Source: an uncultured Clostridia bacterium | Lineage (GTDB): Bacteria; Bacillota; Clostridia; TANB77; CAG-508 | Direction: 5' to 3' | DNA length: 64,000 nt | NCBI GenBank assembly: GCA_947631915.1 | Contig: CANRNC010000005.1 | Coordinates: forward strand, 23,789-87,788 | In this document: positions 51,497 through 62,007 of the stretch, in pieces | How positions within the stretch are numbered: the stretch's first letter is position 1 | Layout of the letters: every line of letters begins with the position of its first letter | Notes under the pieces: model-generated | Seen by the model: only the letters and a program-made list of their open reading frames with translations | Database searches by the model: none | Told to the model about the DNA's origin: nothing | Made by a program: the position numbers and the translations under genes

Positions 51497-52615
51497 ATGA
51501 GAATCGTACCAATTACACTATTAACAGGATATTTAGGAGCAGGAAAAACTACTCTTATAAATCATATTTTAAATAATCAAGAGGGGTATAAAGTAGCAGT
51601 TATAGTTAATGATATAGGAGAGGTTAATATAGATGCATCTCTAATAGGAAAAGGAGGAGTTGTTACTGAAACAAATGATAGTTTGGTTCCACTTCAAAAT
51701 GGATGCATCTGTTGTACTTTAAAAGTTGACTTAATGCAACAAATAGTTGACTTAATAAAAACAGGAAACTTTGACTATATATTAATAGAAGCAAGTGGAA
51801 TATGTGAACCTATTCCGATAGCACAAACTATAACAGTTCTACAAGATTCAACAGAGCAATATGGATTACCTAAAATTTGCAGACTAGATAATGTAGTATC
51901 AGTTGTTGATGCTTTAAGATTAAGAGATGAATTTAATTGTGGTGAAGAACTTGAAAAAGAAGAGATTGATGATGAAGATATTGAGAATCTTTTAATTCAA
52001 CAAATAGAATTTTGTAACACATTAGTTTTAAATAAAGTAGACGAACTATCTAAAGAAGAATTAGAGAAAGTAAAAGCCGTAATCAAAAAGTTACAGCCTA
52101 ATGCTAAAATTATTGAAACAAATTACTCAAAAGTAAATGTAAAAGAAATAATGGATACTAATGCTTTCAATTTTGAAGAAGCTGCTATGTCTGCAGGCTG
52201 GGCACAAGAATTAGATAAACCTGAAGAAGAGGAAGAAGAAGGTGAAACAGAAGAATATGGAATAGGAACCTTTGTATATTATCGTAGACAACCTTTGGAT
52301 GAAGCAAAATTTGAACAATTCGTAAATAAATTTCCAAAAAGTATTATAAGATGTAAAGGAATTGTTTGGTTTAATAGTGATAATGAAATGTCTTATGTAT
52401 TTGAACAAGCAGGAAAACAAAAAGGAGTATATGAAGGAGGAGAATGGATAGCGACATTTCCTAAAGAAGATATTATGCAATTAAGAAGAGAAAATGCCGA
52501 TTTAGAAAGAGACTGGGATGAAAAAGTCGGAGATAGAATGGTAAAATTGGTATTTATTGGACAAAATATGGATAGAGAAAATATTGTATCAGAATTAGAT
52601 AAATGCATTAAATAA
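51497..52615 (+). CDS. COG0523 G3E-family GTPase (CobW/YciC/ZigA-type zinc metallochaperone)
   Basis: Walker A GYLGAGKTT, GCICC metal motif, acidic linker EEEEEGETEEYG. Confidence 0.8.
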   Translation: MRIVPITLLTGYLGAGKTTLINHILNNQEGYKVAVIVNDIGEVNIDASLIGKGGVVTETNDSLVPLQNGCICCTLKVDLMQQIVDLIKTGNFDYILIEASGICEPIPIAQTITVLQDSTEQYGLPKICRLDNVVSVVDALRLRDEFNCGEELEKEEIDDEDIENLLIQQIEFCNTLVLNKVDELSKEELEKVKAVIKKLQPNAKIIETNYSKVNVKEIMDTNAFNFEEAAMSAGWAQELDKPEEEEEEGETEEYGIGTFVYYRRQPLDEAKFEQFVNKFPKSIIRCKGIVWFNSDNEMSYVFEQAGKQKGVYEGGEWIATFPKEDIMQLRRENADLERDWDEKVGDRMVKLVFIGQNMDRENIVSELDKCIK

Positions 52616-52625
52616 ATTTATTGTA

Positions 52626-52654
52626 TTGACCAAAAAAAATGGTAATGATATAAT
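52626..52654 (+). promoter_or_regulatory. Sigma-A promoter TTGACC-17-(TGa)TATAAT for fba
   Basis: -35 52626-52631, extended -10 52646-52654. Confidence 0.55.
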
Positions 52655-52684
52655 GAAAAAAAAGAAAAATTAGGAGGTATTTCT

Positions 52685-53614
52685 ATGGCTTTAGTTACGA
52701 CAAAGGAAATGTTTGAAAAATCAATGAAAGAACATTTTGCAATAGGGGCATTTAATGTAAACAATATGGAATTTATACAAGCAATAGTAGAAGCAGCTAG
52801 TGAAGAAAATTCACCAGTTATATTACAGGCTTCTTCAAGTGCAATTAAATATGCAGGAATAAATTATCTAATGAAAATGGTTGAGGCTGCTGTTGAATCT
52901 ACAAATATTCCAATAGCAATTCACCTTGATCACGGACCAGACTTTGAAACATGTAAAATGTGTATTGATGCAGGTTTTACGTCTGTAATGTTTGATGGAT
53001 CAAAATATGATTTTGAGGAGAATGTTAGATTAACAAAAGAAGTTGTGGACTATGCTCATGCTCATGGAGTAGTTGTAGAAGCTGAACTTGGAAAATTAGC
53101 AGGCATTGAAGATGAAGTTAATGTTACAGAAAGTGATGCTATGTTTACAGATCCAGATCAAGCAAAGGAATTTGTTGAAAGAACAGGTTGCGATTCTTTA
53201 GCAATAGCGATTGGGACAAGTCATGGAGCATATAAATTTAAAGGAGAAGCAAAATTAAGATTTGACATACTTGAAAAAGTAAAGGAAAAATTACCAAATA
53301 CACCAATAGTTTTGCATGGAGCTTCAACAGTAATACCAGAATTAGTTGAAATGTGCAATAAATACGGTGCAGATATACCTGGAGCAAAAGGTGTTCCAGA
53401 TGAAATGTTACATGAAGCAGGATTAAGAGGAGTATCAAAGATAAATGTTGATACAGACTTAAGACTTGCTATGACAGCTCAAATCAGAAAAACTTTCGTT
53501 GAAGAGCCATCTGCTTTTGACCCAAGAAAATATTTAAAACCAGCAAGGGAAGAAATTAAGAAAACAGTTCAACATAAAATTAAAGATGTATTCTGTTCAT
53601 CAAATAAAGCATAA
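52685..53614 (+). CDS. fba: Class II fructose-bisphosphate aldolase
   Basis: Class II aldolase motifs (HLDHG, GTSHG). Confidence 0.9.
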   Translation: MALVTTKEMFEKSMKEHFAIGAFNVNNMEFIQAIVEAASEENSPVILQASSSAIKYAGINYLMKMVEAAVESTNIPIAIHLDHGPDFETCKMCIDAGFTSVMFDGSKYDFEENVRLTKEVVDYAHAHGVVVEAELGKLAGIEDEVNVTESDAMFTDPDQAKEFVERTGCDSLAIAIGTSHGAYKFKGEAKLRFDILEKVKEKLPNTPIVLHGASTVIPELVEMCNKYGADIPGAKGVPDEMLHEAGLRGVSKINVDTDLRLAMTAQIRKTFVEEPSAFDPRKYLKPAREEIKKTVQHKIKDVFCSSNKA

Positions 53615-53624
53615 TGAAATAAAA

Positions 53625-53660
53625 ATAGAAAATGGAATTATCCATTTTCTATTTTTTGTT
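53625..53660. terminator. Bidirectional terminator shared by convergent fba and smpB
   Basis: Perfect 12-bp stem ATAGAAAATGGA/TCCATTTTCTAT; T-run on + side; smpB stop lies in the loop. Confidence 0.65.
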
Positions 53661-54102
53661 TTATTGCTCTGTTAATCTTACGTTCAGCATCTTTTTTTGC
53701 AATATCTTGCCTTTTATCATATAATTTTTTACCTTTTCCAATTCCTAATTCTATTTTAACTATATTATTTTTAAAATATAAACTAATAGGAACTAAAGAA
53801 CAACTTTGTTGTTTAATAAGACCAATAAGATGAGAAATTTCATGTCTTGTTAATAATAACTTTCTATCACGTAAAGGATCTGTATTGTATATATTTCCAT
53901 GATCATAAGGACTAATATGCATTCCATATATAAATACTTCACCATTTCTTATATTTGCATAACTTTCTTTTAAATTAACTTTACCATTACGTATTGATTT
54001 GATTTCTGTTCCTGTCAATATAATCCCTGCTTCTAGCGTTTCTGTAATTGTATAATTATGATGAGCTGTTGGATTTTTAGCAATCATTTTATTTTGTGTC
54101 AT
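53638..54102 (-). CDS. smpB: SsrA-binding protein
   Basis: SmpB pattern incl. GTEIKSIR. Confidence 0.9.
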   Translation of the reverse strand: MTQNKMIAKNPTAHHNYTITETLEAGIILTGTEIKSIRNGKVNLKESYANIRNGEVFIYGMHISPYDHGNIYNTDPLRDRKLLLTRHEISHLIGLIKQQSCSLVPISLYFKNNIVKIELGIGKGKKLYDKRQDIAKKDAERKINRAIKQKIENG

Positions 54103-54191
54103 GACAAGTTTCCTTTCTTATAATAATAATTATAAATTATATCATAAATATGTAAATGGGGCAATAATTTGCTATGTTATAATATTTATTA

Positions 54192-54222
54192 TATTAAAAA
54201 AGTTCTCCTAATAGGAGAACTT
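54192..54222 (-). terminator. Rho-independent terminator for the upstream minus-strand gene
   Basis: AAGTTCTCC-taata-GGAGAACTT; on minus strand followed by TTTTTTAATATAAT. Confidence 0.6.
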
Positions 54223-54232
54223 TCTACCAAAA

Positions 54233-54706
54233 TTAGTTATCGTTATCTGTAGTTCTAGTTGCATAGTACCATATTGCACCAATTACTACTACGGCAGCTA
54301 TTGCCAAAATTATCCATAAATAAGAATTTGTAGTAGTAGTATCTGTAGCTGTAGTTCTAGCAGCAGAATATGATCCATCTGCCTCGCCTGTTATGGCACC
54401 ATTATCCATAGCACCATTATCTATAACTCCATTATTCATTGTATCATTGTCAGTATTAGGGGTCGTATTATTATCATTATCATTGTTATTATTATCTGTA
54501 GTATTTTTCATAGTGTTTTCGATGTTATCTGTAGCATTTTTTATACCGTCAGTAGCATCGTTAACAACATTTTGAGCATTACCCATAACATCATTAACTG
54601 CATTTTGAGCATTAGTCATCATATTTGATTGTTGTGCAAAAACAGAAGTACAAATGAATAATGAAACTGTTATTATAAATAGTATTGCTAAAATTTTCTT
54701 CAACAT
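54233..54706 (-). CDS. Hypothetical secreted/membrane-tethered low-complexity protein (Asn/Asp/Thr-rich)
   Basis: Signal peptide, degenerate NAQNxVNDxxG repeats, C-terminal TM helix. Confidence 0.5.
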   Translation of the reverse strand: MLKKILAILFIITVSLFICTSVFAQQSNMMTNAQNAVNDVMGNAQNVVNDATDGIKNATDNIENTMKNTTDNNNNDNDNNTTPNTDNDTMNNGVIDNGAMDNGAITGEADGSYSAARTTATDTTTTNSYLWIILAIAAVVVIGAIWYYATRTTDNDN

Positions 54707-54926
54707 TAATGTATACCTCCAATTTTCAGATTAAGTTTAATTATAAAATTAAAATATGAAAAAATTTTTTCATATAAATATAAGAAAACTTATTAATATT
54801 GTTAGAAGAATAAAAATAAATATACAAACAATAAATGTACAAATTGAAAAAAATTACAAAAAAATAATGACAAAAATAAAATATAAGTATATAATATACA
54901 TATAAAATTTATAAGGGGGAAAACTA

Positions 54927-55625
54927 ATGGAAGAAAACAATAATAATGAAAATGAAGACGGCAAAAAAATTGATACAGACGAGATTTTAAAAGAAACAAC
55001 AAATACAATAAATGAAGTAAAGGATCAAGTAAAGGGTTCTTTTAAAAAAGACGAATTAAAAAATAGTGCAAAGGAAACTACCAATTTTGTCGCAGGAATG
55101 TTTAAAAATCCAATAGAAGAGTTAAAAAATATAGCAGAAGATAGAACAAATAAAAATTTTAAATATGCAGTAATATTAACTATTATATGGATTATAGCAG
55201 AAGTAATTTTAAGAATCTATCGTTCTTCATTATCATGGAATGTTTTAAAATACTTATTACCAATATTAAAATCAGCAGTTACACCTATATTATCAATATT
55301 AGCATTATCACTAATATTATTAGTTTTAAATAAGAAAAAAGATAAAAATTTAGTAACTATAATGTCAGTTGTTACAGCAGCAAAGTTACCAGTTGTTATA
55401 GCTTCAGTAATATCTTTATTAAGACTAATAAGTACAAATGTTACAACAGTAACAAACCCATTTTCATATCTTTGTACTGCAATAAGTACAGTGCTTATAT
55501 ACTTTGGAGCTAAATTTGTACTTGGAGAAGAAGACGACAAGAGCTTTGTTAAGAAATTTGTATTAATTGAAGGTGTATATTATATTGCATACATAGTATT
55601 TGGATTATTAGGTATTTATATTTAA
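54927..55625 (+). CDS. Hypothetical polytopic membrane protein with acidic N-terminal cytoplasmic region
   Basis: ~5 predicted TM helices; no family recognised. Confidence 0.5.
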   Translation: MEENNNNENEDGKKIDTDEILKETTNTINEVKDQVKGSFKKDELKNSAKETTNFVAGMFKNPIEELKNIAEDRTNKNFKYAVILTIIWIIAEVILRIYRSSLSWNVLKYLLPILKSAVTPILSILALSLILLVLNKKKDKNLVTIMSVVTAAKLPVVIASVISLLRLISTNVTTVTNPFSYLCTAISTVLIYFGAKFVLGEEDDKSFVKKFVLIEGVYYIAYIVFGLLGIYI

Positions 55626-55651
55626 TAAAGTAAAAAATAGAATTTTTTGAA

Positions 55652-55686
55652 AGAGGTGTGAATAAAACATACCTCTGTTTTATTTT
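55652..55686 (+). terminator. Rho-independent terminator
   Basis: 9-bp stem (one G-U) AGAGGTGTG/CATACCTCT, then GTTTTATTTT. Confidence 0.55.
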
Positions 55687-55795
55687 AGTGATTTATAGAA
55701 AAATAAAATAAAAAAATAGTAATTAAATAATTGTAAAAAATAACGATATTTGTTACAATAATAAAGAAAAAATGTAAAAAGGAATGACGTATAAA

Positions 55796-58700
55796 ATGGC
55801 AGAAATGAAAAGAGTTTCAGAAGTATTTAATGATTTTGAAGAAAATAATAATATAATGAAAGCTAAAATAAACAATATAACAATGTCAAAAAAAACAGGA
55901 GAGTTAAAGATATTACTTCAGTCAGAAGTAAAAATACAAACAGGTGAAATTTTATCTTTTGAAATGTATTTGAAAAACAGATTTAATGTGGTAAAGGTAA
56001 CAATTAACATAGAATATAATAATAAGTCTAAAGAAGAGAAAGCAAATGATAAGGATAAAGTTATCGAAAAAGAAGCGATACGTGAAGAATCTCCAATTAT
56101 AGTTGGAAGTAAAAGAGCAAAAATAAACGAAAAAATGATAAAGGTAAAAGATATTACCGCAGATAGTGGTAAAGTTGGGATTTCAGGTAAAGTTATTAGA
56201 ATTGAGGAAAGAGAGTTAAGAAATGGTAAAATATTATACTCTTTTGATGTGTATGATGGAAGTAGTACAATAACCTGCAAATCATTTGTGGAAATGGAAA
56301 AAATAGACGAAGTAAGAAAAAGATTAAAAGAAGATACTTATATAGAATTAGAAGGAAATTCACAATATGATCCTTATGCAAAAGAAGTAACTATCATTGC
56401 TAATGTAGTTATAGAATTACCCAAAAAAGAAATAATGACAAGAGTTGATAATGCTGAAATAAAAAGAGTAGAACTACATATGCATACACAGATGAGTCAG
56501 ATGGATGGAGTTACACCAGTTGAAGATCTGATAAATAGAGCTAGAAAATGGGGAATGAAAGCTATTGCAATTACAGACCATGGTGTAGCACAATCATTTC
56601 CACATGCAAATGATGTAGTAAAAAAGAATAATAATGATATTAAGGTTCTTTATGGTGTAGAAGCATATTTATGCCCAGATGGTCAAAATAGTGTGTATGG
56701 AAATGGAAATATAGATATTGATACTGAATACTGTGTATTAGATATTGAAACAACAGGAATACCATATAGAAGTGAGATGATAACAGAATTAGGTGCTATT
56801 AAAATAAAGAATGGTCAAATTATCGATGAATTTGAGTGCTTTGTAAATCCACAAAAACCAATACCATATGAGGTAGTACAAGTTACACACATTACAGATG
56901 ATATGGTAAAAAATGCAAAAACAATAGATGAAGTTCTTCCAGAGTTTATAAAATTTTGTGGAAACGATGTTTTAGTTGCACATAATGCGAACTTTGATAT
57001 AGGATTTTTAAGATATCAGGCAAATAAATTAGGATTGAAATTCAATAATACCTATATTGATACTTTGAGTTTAGCTAAAGATTTATTTCCTGAATTTACA
57101 AAATACAAATTAGGTATTATTGCGACAAACCTGAAAATTAAAGTAGATGTAGCACATCGTGCATTAGATGATGTCAAAACACTTGTAAAAGTATTTAATG
57201 TTATGTTAGAGATGCTAAAGGAAAAAAATGTTACAAAACTAAATGATATTGATGCATTATCAGCTAAAAATATGAATATAAAAAAACTACCAACATATCA
57301 TGCAATAATTTTAGCAAAGGATTATGTTGGACTTAAAAATTTATATAAATTAATATCATTTTCACATTTGGATTATTTTCATAAAAGACCACAAATACCT
57401 AAAAGTATATATAAAAAATATTGTGAAGGATTGATAATAGGAAGTGCTTGTGATCAAGGAGAACTTTATCAGGCCATTTTAAATGGTTATTCAGAGGATA
57501 AAATTGAGGAGATTGCAAGATTTTACGATTATCTAGAGATACAACCATTGGGAAATAATGAATATTTAGTGCGTAATGGGGTTTTGAAAAGTAAAGATGA
57601 TTTAATATCTATAAATAGAAAGATTGTTGAGTTAGGAGAAAAACTAAATAAATTAGTTTGTGCTACTTGTGATGTACATTTTATGGATCCAGAAGATGAA
57701 ATATATAGAAGGATTTTACAGGCAGGGCAAGGGTTTGACGATGCAGACTATCAAGCTCCACTATATTTAAGGACAACAGAAGAAATGTTAAATGAATTTG
57801 CATATTTAGGTAAAGAGAAAGCTTATGAGGTAGTTGTAACAAACACAAATAAAGTTGCAGATATGTGTGAACCAATAAGCCCAATATCTCCGTTAAAATG
57901 CACACCATATATAGAGGGGTGTGAAAAGACAATAGAAGAAATTGCTATGAACAAAGCACATGAATTATATGGAGATCCATTACCTGAAATTGTTGAAACA
58001 AGACTAAAAAAAGAATTAGATTCTATTATAAAAAATGGATTTTCAGTTATGTATATTATTGCACAGAAGTTAGTATGGAAATCAAATGAAGATGGATACA
58101 TAGTTGGTTCTAGAGGGTCTGTGGGTTCTTCGCTTGTTGCATATATGACAGGTATAACAGAAGTAAATAGTTTAAAAGCTCATTATAGATGTCCAAAGTG
58201 TAAATATTCTGATTTTTCAGATCATGGATGTAAAAATGGATTTGATCTTCCAGATGCGTGGTGCCCAAAATGTGGAAATAAACTTGTAAAGGATGGAATA
58301 GATATACCATTTGAAACTTTCTTGGGATTTAATGGAGACAAAGAACCAGATATAGATTTAAATTTTTCGGGAGAATATCAATTAAAAGCACATAAATATG
58401 CAGAAGTAATATTAGGAAAAGGAACTACATTTAAAGCAGGAACTATTGGGACAATAGCAGATAAAACAGCTTATGGATATGTTAAGAAATATTTTGAAGA
58501 AAGAAATCAGATAGTAAGTTCAGCAGAAATTAATAGAATAGCTAAAGGATGTACAGGAATAAAAAGGACAACAGGACAACATCCAGGTGGAGTAGTTGTC
58601 GTTCCAACAGGACATGAAATTTATGAGTTCTGCCCAGTACAGCACCCAGCAGATGATCCTGATTCAGATATTGTTACAACACATTTTGATTATCACTCAA

Positions 58701-59776
58701 TAGATAAAAATATATTGAAATTTGACATGCTAGGACATGATGATCCTACAGTTATAAGAATGTTATATGATTTAACAGGAATAGATCCAACAAAAGTTCC
58801 ATTAGATGATAAGACTACAATGTCTATATTCTCATCAACTGATGCAATAGGAGTAAGAAAAGAAGAAATAAATACTGAAGTTGCTACTTTTGGAGTACCA
58901 GAGTTTGGTACGAAATTTGTTAGAGGAATGTTAGTAGATACAAAACCAAGTACTTTTGAAGAATTATTAAGAATATCAGGATTGTCTCATGGTACTGATG
59001 TGTGGGTAAATAATGCACAAGAATTAATTAATAATGGAACTATAACGCTTTCAGAAGCCATATGTACAAGAGACGATATTATGATTTATTTAATTAGTAT
59101 GGGACTACCGGCGCAAGATTCATTTAAAATAATGGAATCAGTACGTAAAGGTAAAGGATTATCTAATGAACAGGAAGAACTTATGAGAGAAAATAATGTA
59201 CCAGAATGGTATATAGAGTCTTGTAAAAAGATTAAATATATGTTCCCAAAGGCTCATGCAGCAGCTTATGTTATAAATGCTTTTAGGATAGCATGGTTCA
59301 AAGTACATATACCAAAAGCATATTATGCTACAATGTATTCAATAAGAGCCGATGAGTTTGACAGTGAATTTATGATTTTTGGAGAGAAAAAAGTAAAGGA
59401 AAAAATGACAGAGATAGATAGATTAGGAAATTCTGCAACTCAAAAAGATAAAGGAATGTATAACGTTTTAGAATATGTACTAGAGATGTATAAAAGAGGT
59501 ATAACATTTTTACCAATTGATATATATAAATCAGAAGCAACGAAATTCACAGTAGAACCAGAAGGAATTAGGCCATCACTTTGTAGTATTGCAGGACTTG
59601 GACAAGTGGCAGCCGAAAGTATTGTAGAAGCAAGAAAAGATGGAGAATTTATATCTAAAGAAGACTTAATGAAAAGATCAAAAGCAGGAAAATCTATAAT
59701 AGATTTATTAGATAAATTTGGATGTTTACAAGGCATGAGTACAAGTAATCAATTAAGTTTATTTGATGCATTTTAG
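55796..59776 (+). CDS. polC: DNA polymerase III PolC-type (Gram-positive replicative polymerase with intrinsic 3'-5' exonuclease)
   Basis: PHP (HMHTQMSQMDG), DnaQ exo (VLDIETTG…AHNANFDIGFL), Zn module CPKC…CPKC; start chosen at ATG 55796 (better RBS spacing) rather than 55784. Confidence 0.9.
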   Translation: MAEMKRVSEVFNDFEENNNIMKAKINNITMSKKTGELKILLQSEVKIQTGEILSFEMYLKNRFNVVKVTINIEYNNKSKEEKANDKDKVIEKEAIREESPIIVGSKRAKINEKMIKVKDITADSGKVGISGKVIRIEERELRNGKILYSFDVYDGSSTITCKSFVEMEKIDEVRKRLKEDTYIELEGNSQYDPYAKEVTIIANVVIELPKKEIMTRVDNAEIKRVELHMHTQMSQMDGVTPVEDLINRARKWGMKAIAITDHGVAQSFPHANDVVKKNNNDIKVLYGVEAYLCPDGQNSVYGNGNIDIDTEYCVLDIETTGIPYRSEMITELGAIKIKNGQIIDEFECFVNPQKPIPYEVVQVTHITDDMVKNAKTIDEVLPEFIKFCGNDVLVAHNANFDIGFLRYQANKLGLKFNNTYIDTLSLAKDLFPEFTKYKLGIIATNLKIKVDVAHRALDDVKTLVKVFNVMLEMLKEKNVTKLNDIDALSAKNMNIKKLPTYHAIILAKDYVGLKNLYKLISFSHLDYFHKRPQIPKSIYKKYCEGLIIGSACDQGELYQAILNGYSEDKIEEIARFYDYLEIQPLGNNEYLVRNGVLKSKDDLISINRKIVELGEKLNKLVCATCDVHFMDPEDEIYRRILQAGQGFDDADYQAPLYLRTTEEMLNEFAYLGKEKAYEVVVTNTNKVADMCEPISPISPLKCTPYIEGCEKTIEEIAMNKAHELYGDPLPEIVETRLKKELDSIIKNGFSVMYIIAQKLVWKSNEDGYIVGSRGSVGSSLVAYMTGITEVNSLKAHYRCPKCKYSDFSDHGCKNGFDLPDAWCPKCGNKLVKDGIDIPFETFLGFNGDKEPDIDLNFSGEYQLKAHKYAEVILGKGTTFKAGTIGTIADKTAYGYVKKYFEERNQIVSSAEINRIAKGCTGIKRTTGQHPGGVVVVPTGHEIYEFCPVQHPADDPDSDIVTTHFDYHSIDKNILKFDMLGHDDPTVIRMLYDLTGIDPTKVPLDDKTTMSIFSSTDAIGVRKEEINTEVATFGVPEFGTKFVRGMLVDTKPSTFEELLRISGLSHGTDVWVNNAQELINNGTITLSEAICTRDDIMIYLISMGLPAQDSFKIMESVRKGKGLSNEQEELMRENNVPEWYIESCKKIKYMFPKAHAAAYVINAFRIAWFKVHIPKAYYATMYSIRADEFDSEFMIFGEKKVKEKMTEIDRLGNSATQKDKGMYNVLEYVLEMYKRGITFLPIDIYKSEATKFTVEPEGIRPSLCSIAGLGQVAAESIVEARKDGEFISKEDLMKRSKAGKSIIDLLDKFGCLQGMSTSNQLSLFDAF

Positions 59777-59790
59777 AAGTATATAAAAAT

Positions 59791-59822
59791 GAACATGTAG
59801 GTGGGTAAACTTCTACATGTTC
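59791..59822. terminator. Bidirectional terminator between convergent polC and traX
   Basis: Perfect 10-bp stem GAACATGTAG/CTACATGTTC, 12-nt loop; T-run on minus side; traX stop inside stem. Confidence 0.55.
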
Positions 59823-60535
59823 ATTAGTTTATATATTATACATAATATCAATAAATGCAGTGGATAAAAAATATAAAATAACAGTTTTTGATTTTTTCCT
59901 TTTTGTCCATTATATAAGTTAATAAATATAAGAGGAATAAGACTGCAAAAAAATAGTCCAACATATATAAGTGAAAAATTACTAGCCATAAAATATGGCA
60001 TATAATATATAAAGGTTAGAATACTAACAAATGTATTCATTAGTATTTTATTATTATGGTATAGATAAAATAGAAATATAATAAATACACCATAGAAACC
60101 ATAATCAAAATTGAATAAATCTGCAAAAACTGATATGCAAAGGACAATTATTAATCCAAGCAAATTGTAGGAAAATTGCTCATTTTTTTTAACACATTTT
60201 TCTTTAGCTTTATGATGAAGTAGATCATAAATCGCAATACACATTAAACCTAAAATTAATGTAAAAATTATATTTAAATTCATATCAAGAGAAAAGGAAT
60301 ATTTAAAAAAAGCATATGGTATTTGAGAAATTAAAGCAAATATTAATAGTCTCATAAAATACTTTTTGAAGCTATGAGTATGAATATATCCTTCACTAAT
60401 TTGAAATGCAAAAATAGGAAAAGCAATTCTACCAATAAAGTTCATCCAAGAAAGATGGGCACCATAGAATAAATAACTAGAATGATCGAAGACCATAGTA
60501 ATTATTGCAATTAATCTTAAAGTATATGCAGTCAT
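59813..60535 (-). CDS. traX: TraX-family membrane protein
   Basis: MVFDHSSYLF…FPIFAF signature of TraX family. Confidence 0.7.
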   Translation of the reverse strand: MTAYTLRLIAIITMVFDHSSYLFYGAHLSWMNFIGRIAFPIFAFQISEGYIHTHSFKKYFMRLLIFALISQIPYAFFKYSFSLDMNLNIIFTLILGLMCIAIYDLLHHKAKEKCVKKNEQFSYNLLGLIIVLCISVFADLFNFDYGFYGVFIIFLFYLYHNNKILMNTFVSILTFIYYMPYFMASNFSLIYVGLFFCSLIPLIFINLYNGQKGKNQKLLFYIFYPLHLLILCIIYKLMNM

Positions 60536-60551
60536 AAAAGTACTCCTTTCA

Positions 60552-61511
60552 TTATCTTATGTTAGTTTCTCTTTGTTCATTATAACTATCTATAAAATAT
60601 AAAGGTCTATGTTTTGTTTCATAAAATGCCCTTCCAAGATATTCACCTATAACACCAAGGAATATTAACTGTAAACCACCTAAAAATAATATAATAACCA
60701 TAATAGAAGCATATCCAGGAACATCAATACCATAAATCAAAGTTCTTGCAATTATAACAACCATGTAAATGAAGCCTAATAATGATACTAGCATACCGAT
60801 TAAAGCAGCCCAACGAAGCGGAGCGGTTGTAAATGATGTTATTCCATCAATAGATAAGTTAGCTAATTTTCTATAATTCCATTTAGTTTTTCCGGCAGCT
60901 CTAGGGTCTCTATCATATAAAATTTCTTTTTTATTATATCCAATCCAACTATAAAGACCTTTAGTATATCTTTGAGATTCTCTCATTTGACGAATTGCTT
61001 CAACACAACGTCTATCCAATAATCTAAAATCGCCAGTATCAGTTTGAATTTTAATATTCGTCATACTTTGTAATACTCTATAATATCCCCAAGAAGTTAG
61101 TTTTTTTAAAGGAGATTCACCTTTTCTAGATTTACGTTTTGCATAGACATCATCATAACCTTCTTCCCAGTATTTTAACATTTCAGGAATTAACTCTGGA
61201 GGATCTTGTAAATCTGCATCTATATTTATCATACAGTCTCCTCTTACATAATCAAAACCGGCAATCATAGCGATTTCCTTACCAAAGTTCCTAGATAAAT
61301 TAACATAGCAAACCCTAGAATCGGTTTTACGCATTTCTTTTATTAATTCTAGAGTCTTATCTGTGCTTCCATCATTTACAAATAGAATTTCAAAGTTATA
61401 CTTTGGAAGACCATCTATTAGTTTAAGTAATCTTTCATAAAGCATTGGTAATACTTCTTCTTCATTATAAGCAGGAATTAATATTGTAACTAATTTTTTA
61501 TTTTCTTCCAT
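60552..61511 (-). CDS. GT2 polyprenol-phosphate glycosyltransferase (GtrB/ArnC-like)
   Basis: GT2 DxD-context (ILIPAYNEEE, NIDADLQD) plus two C-terminal TM helices; start at ATG 61511 after RBS AAAGGAAG. Confidence 0.8.
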   Translation of the reverse strand: MEENKKLVTILIPAYNEEEVLPMLYERLLKLIDGLPKYNFEILFVNDGSTDKTLELIKEMRKTDSRVCYVNLSRNFGKEIAMIAGFDYVRGDCMINIDADLQDPPELIPEMLKYWEEGYDDVYAKRKSRKGESPLKKLTSWGYYRVLQSMTNIKIQTDTGDFRLLDRRCVEAIRQMRESQRYTKGLYSWIGYNKKEILYDRDPRAAGKTKWNYRKLANLSIDGITSFTTAPLRWAALIGMLVSLLGFIYMVVIIARTLIYGIDVPGYASIMVIILFLGGLQLIFLGVIGEYLGRAFYETKHRPLYFIDSYNEQRETNIR

Positions 61512-61648
61512 AATTAATATACTTCCTTTCTGTACAAGTATAATAATGTATAATATTATCATAAAAAAAAGCAATAGTAAATAAAAAACTTGATATTTTT
61601 GTCATATTATAATATAATTATAACATTGATTAAAGAGGAGAAGATAAA

Positions 61649-61957
61649 ATGAAGGGGTTTAAGGAATGGTTACTAACATTACCTATAATTACATTTAAAA
61701 ACATATTCTTATATTTGTTAATAATAAATTTGTTAGGTTTTTTAGTAATGTTTATAGATAAGAAAAAAGCAGAAAAAGGTAGATGGAGAATATCTGAACA
61801 TGCACTATTTGTATTTACATGGCTAGGTGGGGGAATAGGGACAATAGCAGGAATGTATTTATTTAGACATAAAACTCAAAAGAAAAAGTTTACAATAGGT
61901 ATGCCTGCAATATTAGTTTTAGAAACTGTATTTTTGATTTATATGATAGTAATATAA
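61649..61957 (+). CDS. DUF1294-family small membrane protein
   Basis: GRWRISEHALF…LGGGIGTIAGMYLFRHKTQKKKF. Confidence 0.6.
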   Translation: MKGFKEWLLTLPIITFKNIFLYLLIINLLGFLVMFIDKKKAEKGRWRISEHALFVFTWLGGGIGTIAGMYLFRHKTQKKKFTIGMPAILVLETVFLIYMIVI

Positions 61958-61974
61958 ATGTATGAAAAATGAGA

Positions 61975-62007
61975 AACGAGGGATCACTAAAGTAGTGATC
62001 CCTCGTT
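61975..62007. other. Perfect 14-bp hairpin AACGAGGGATCACT-aaagt-AGTGATCCCTCGTT without clear T-run on + strand
   Basis: Direct reading; T-run (TTTTT) present on the minus-strand side. Confidence 0.5.
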
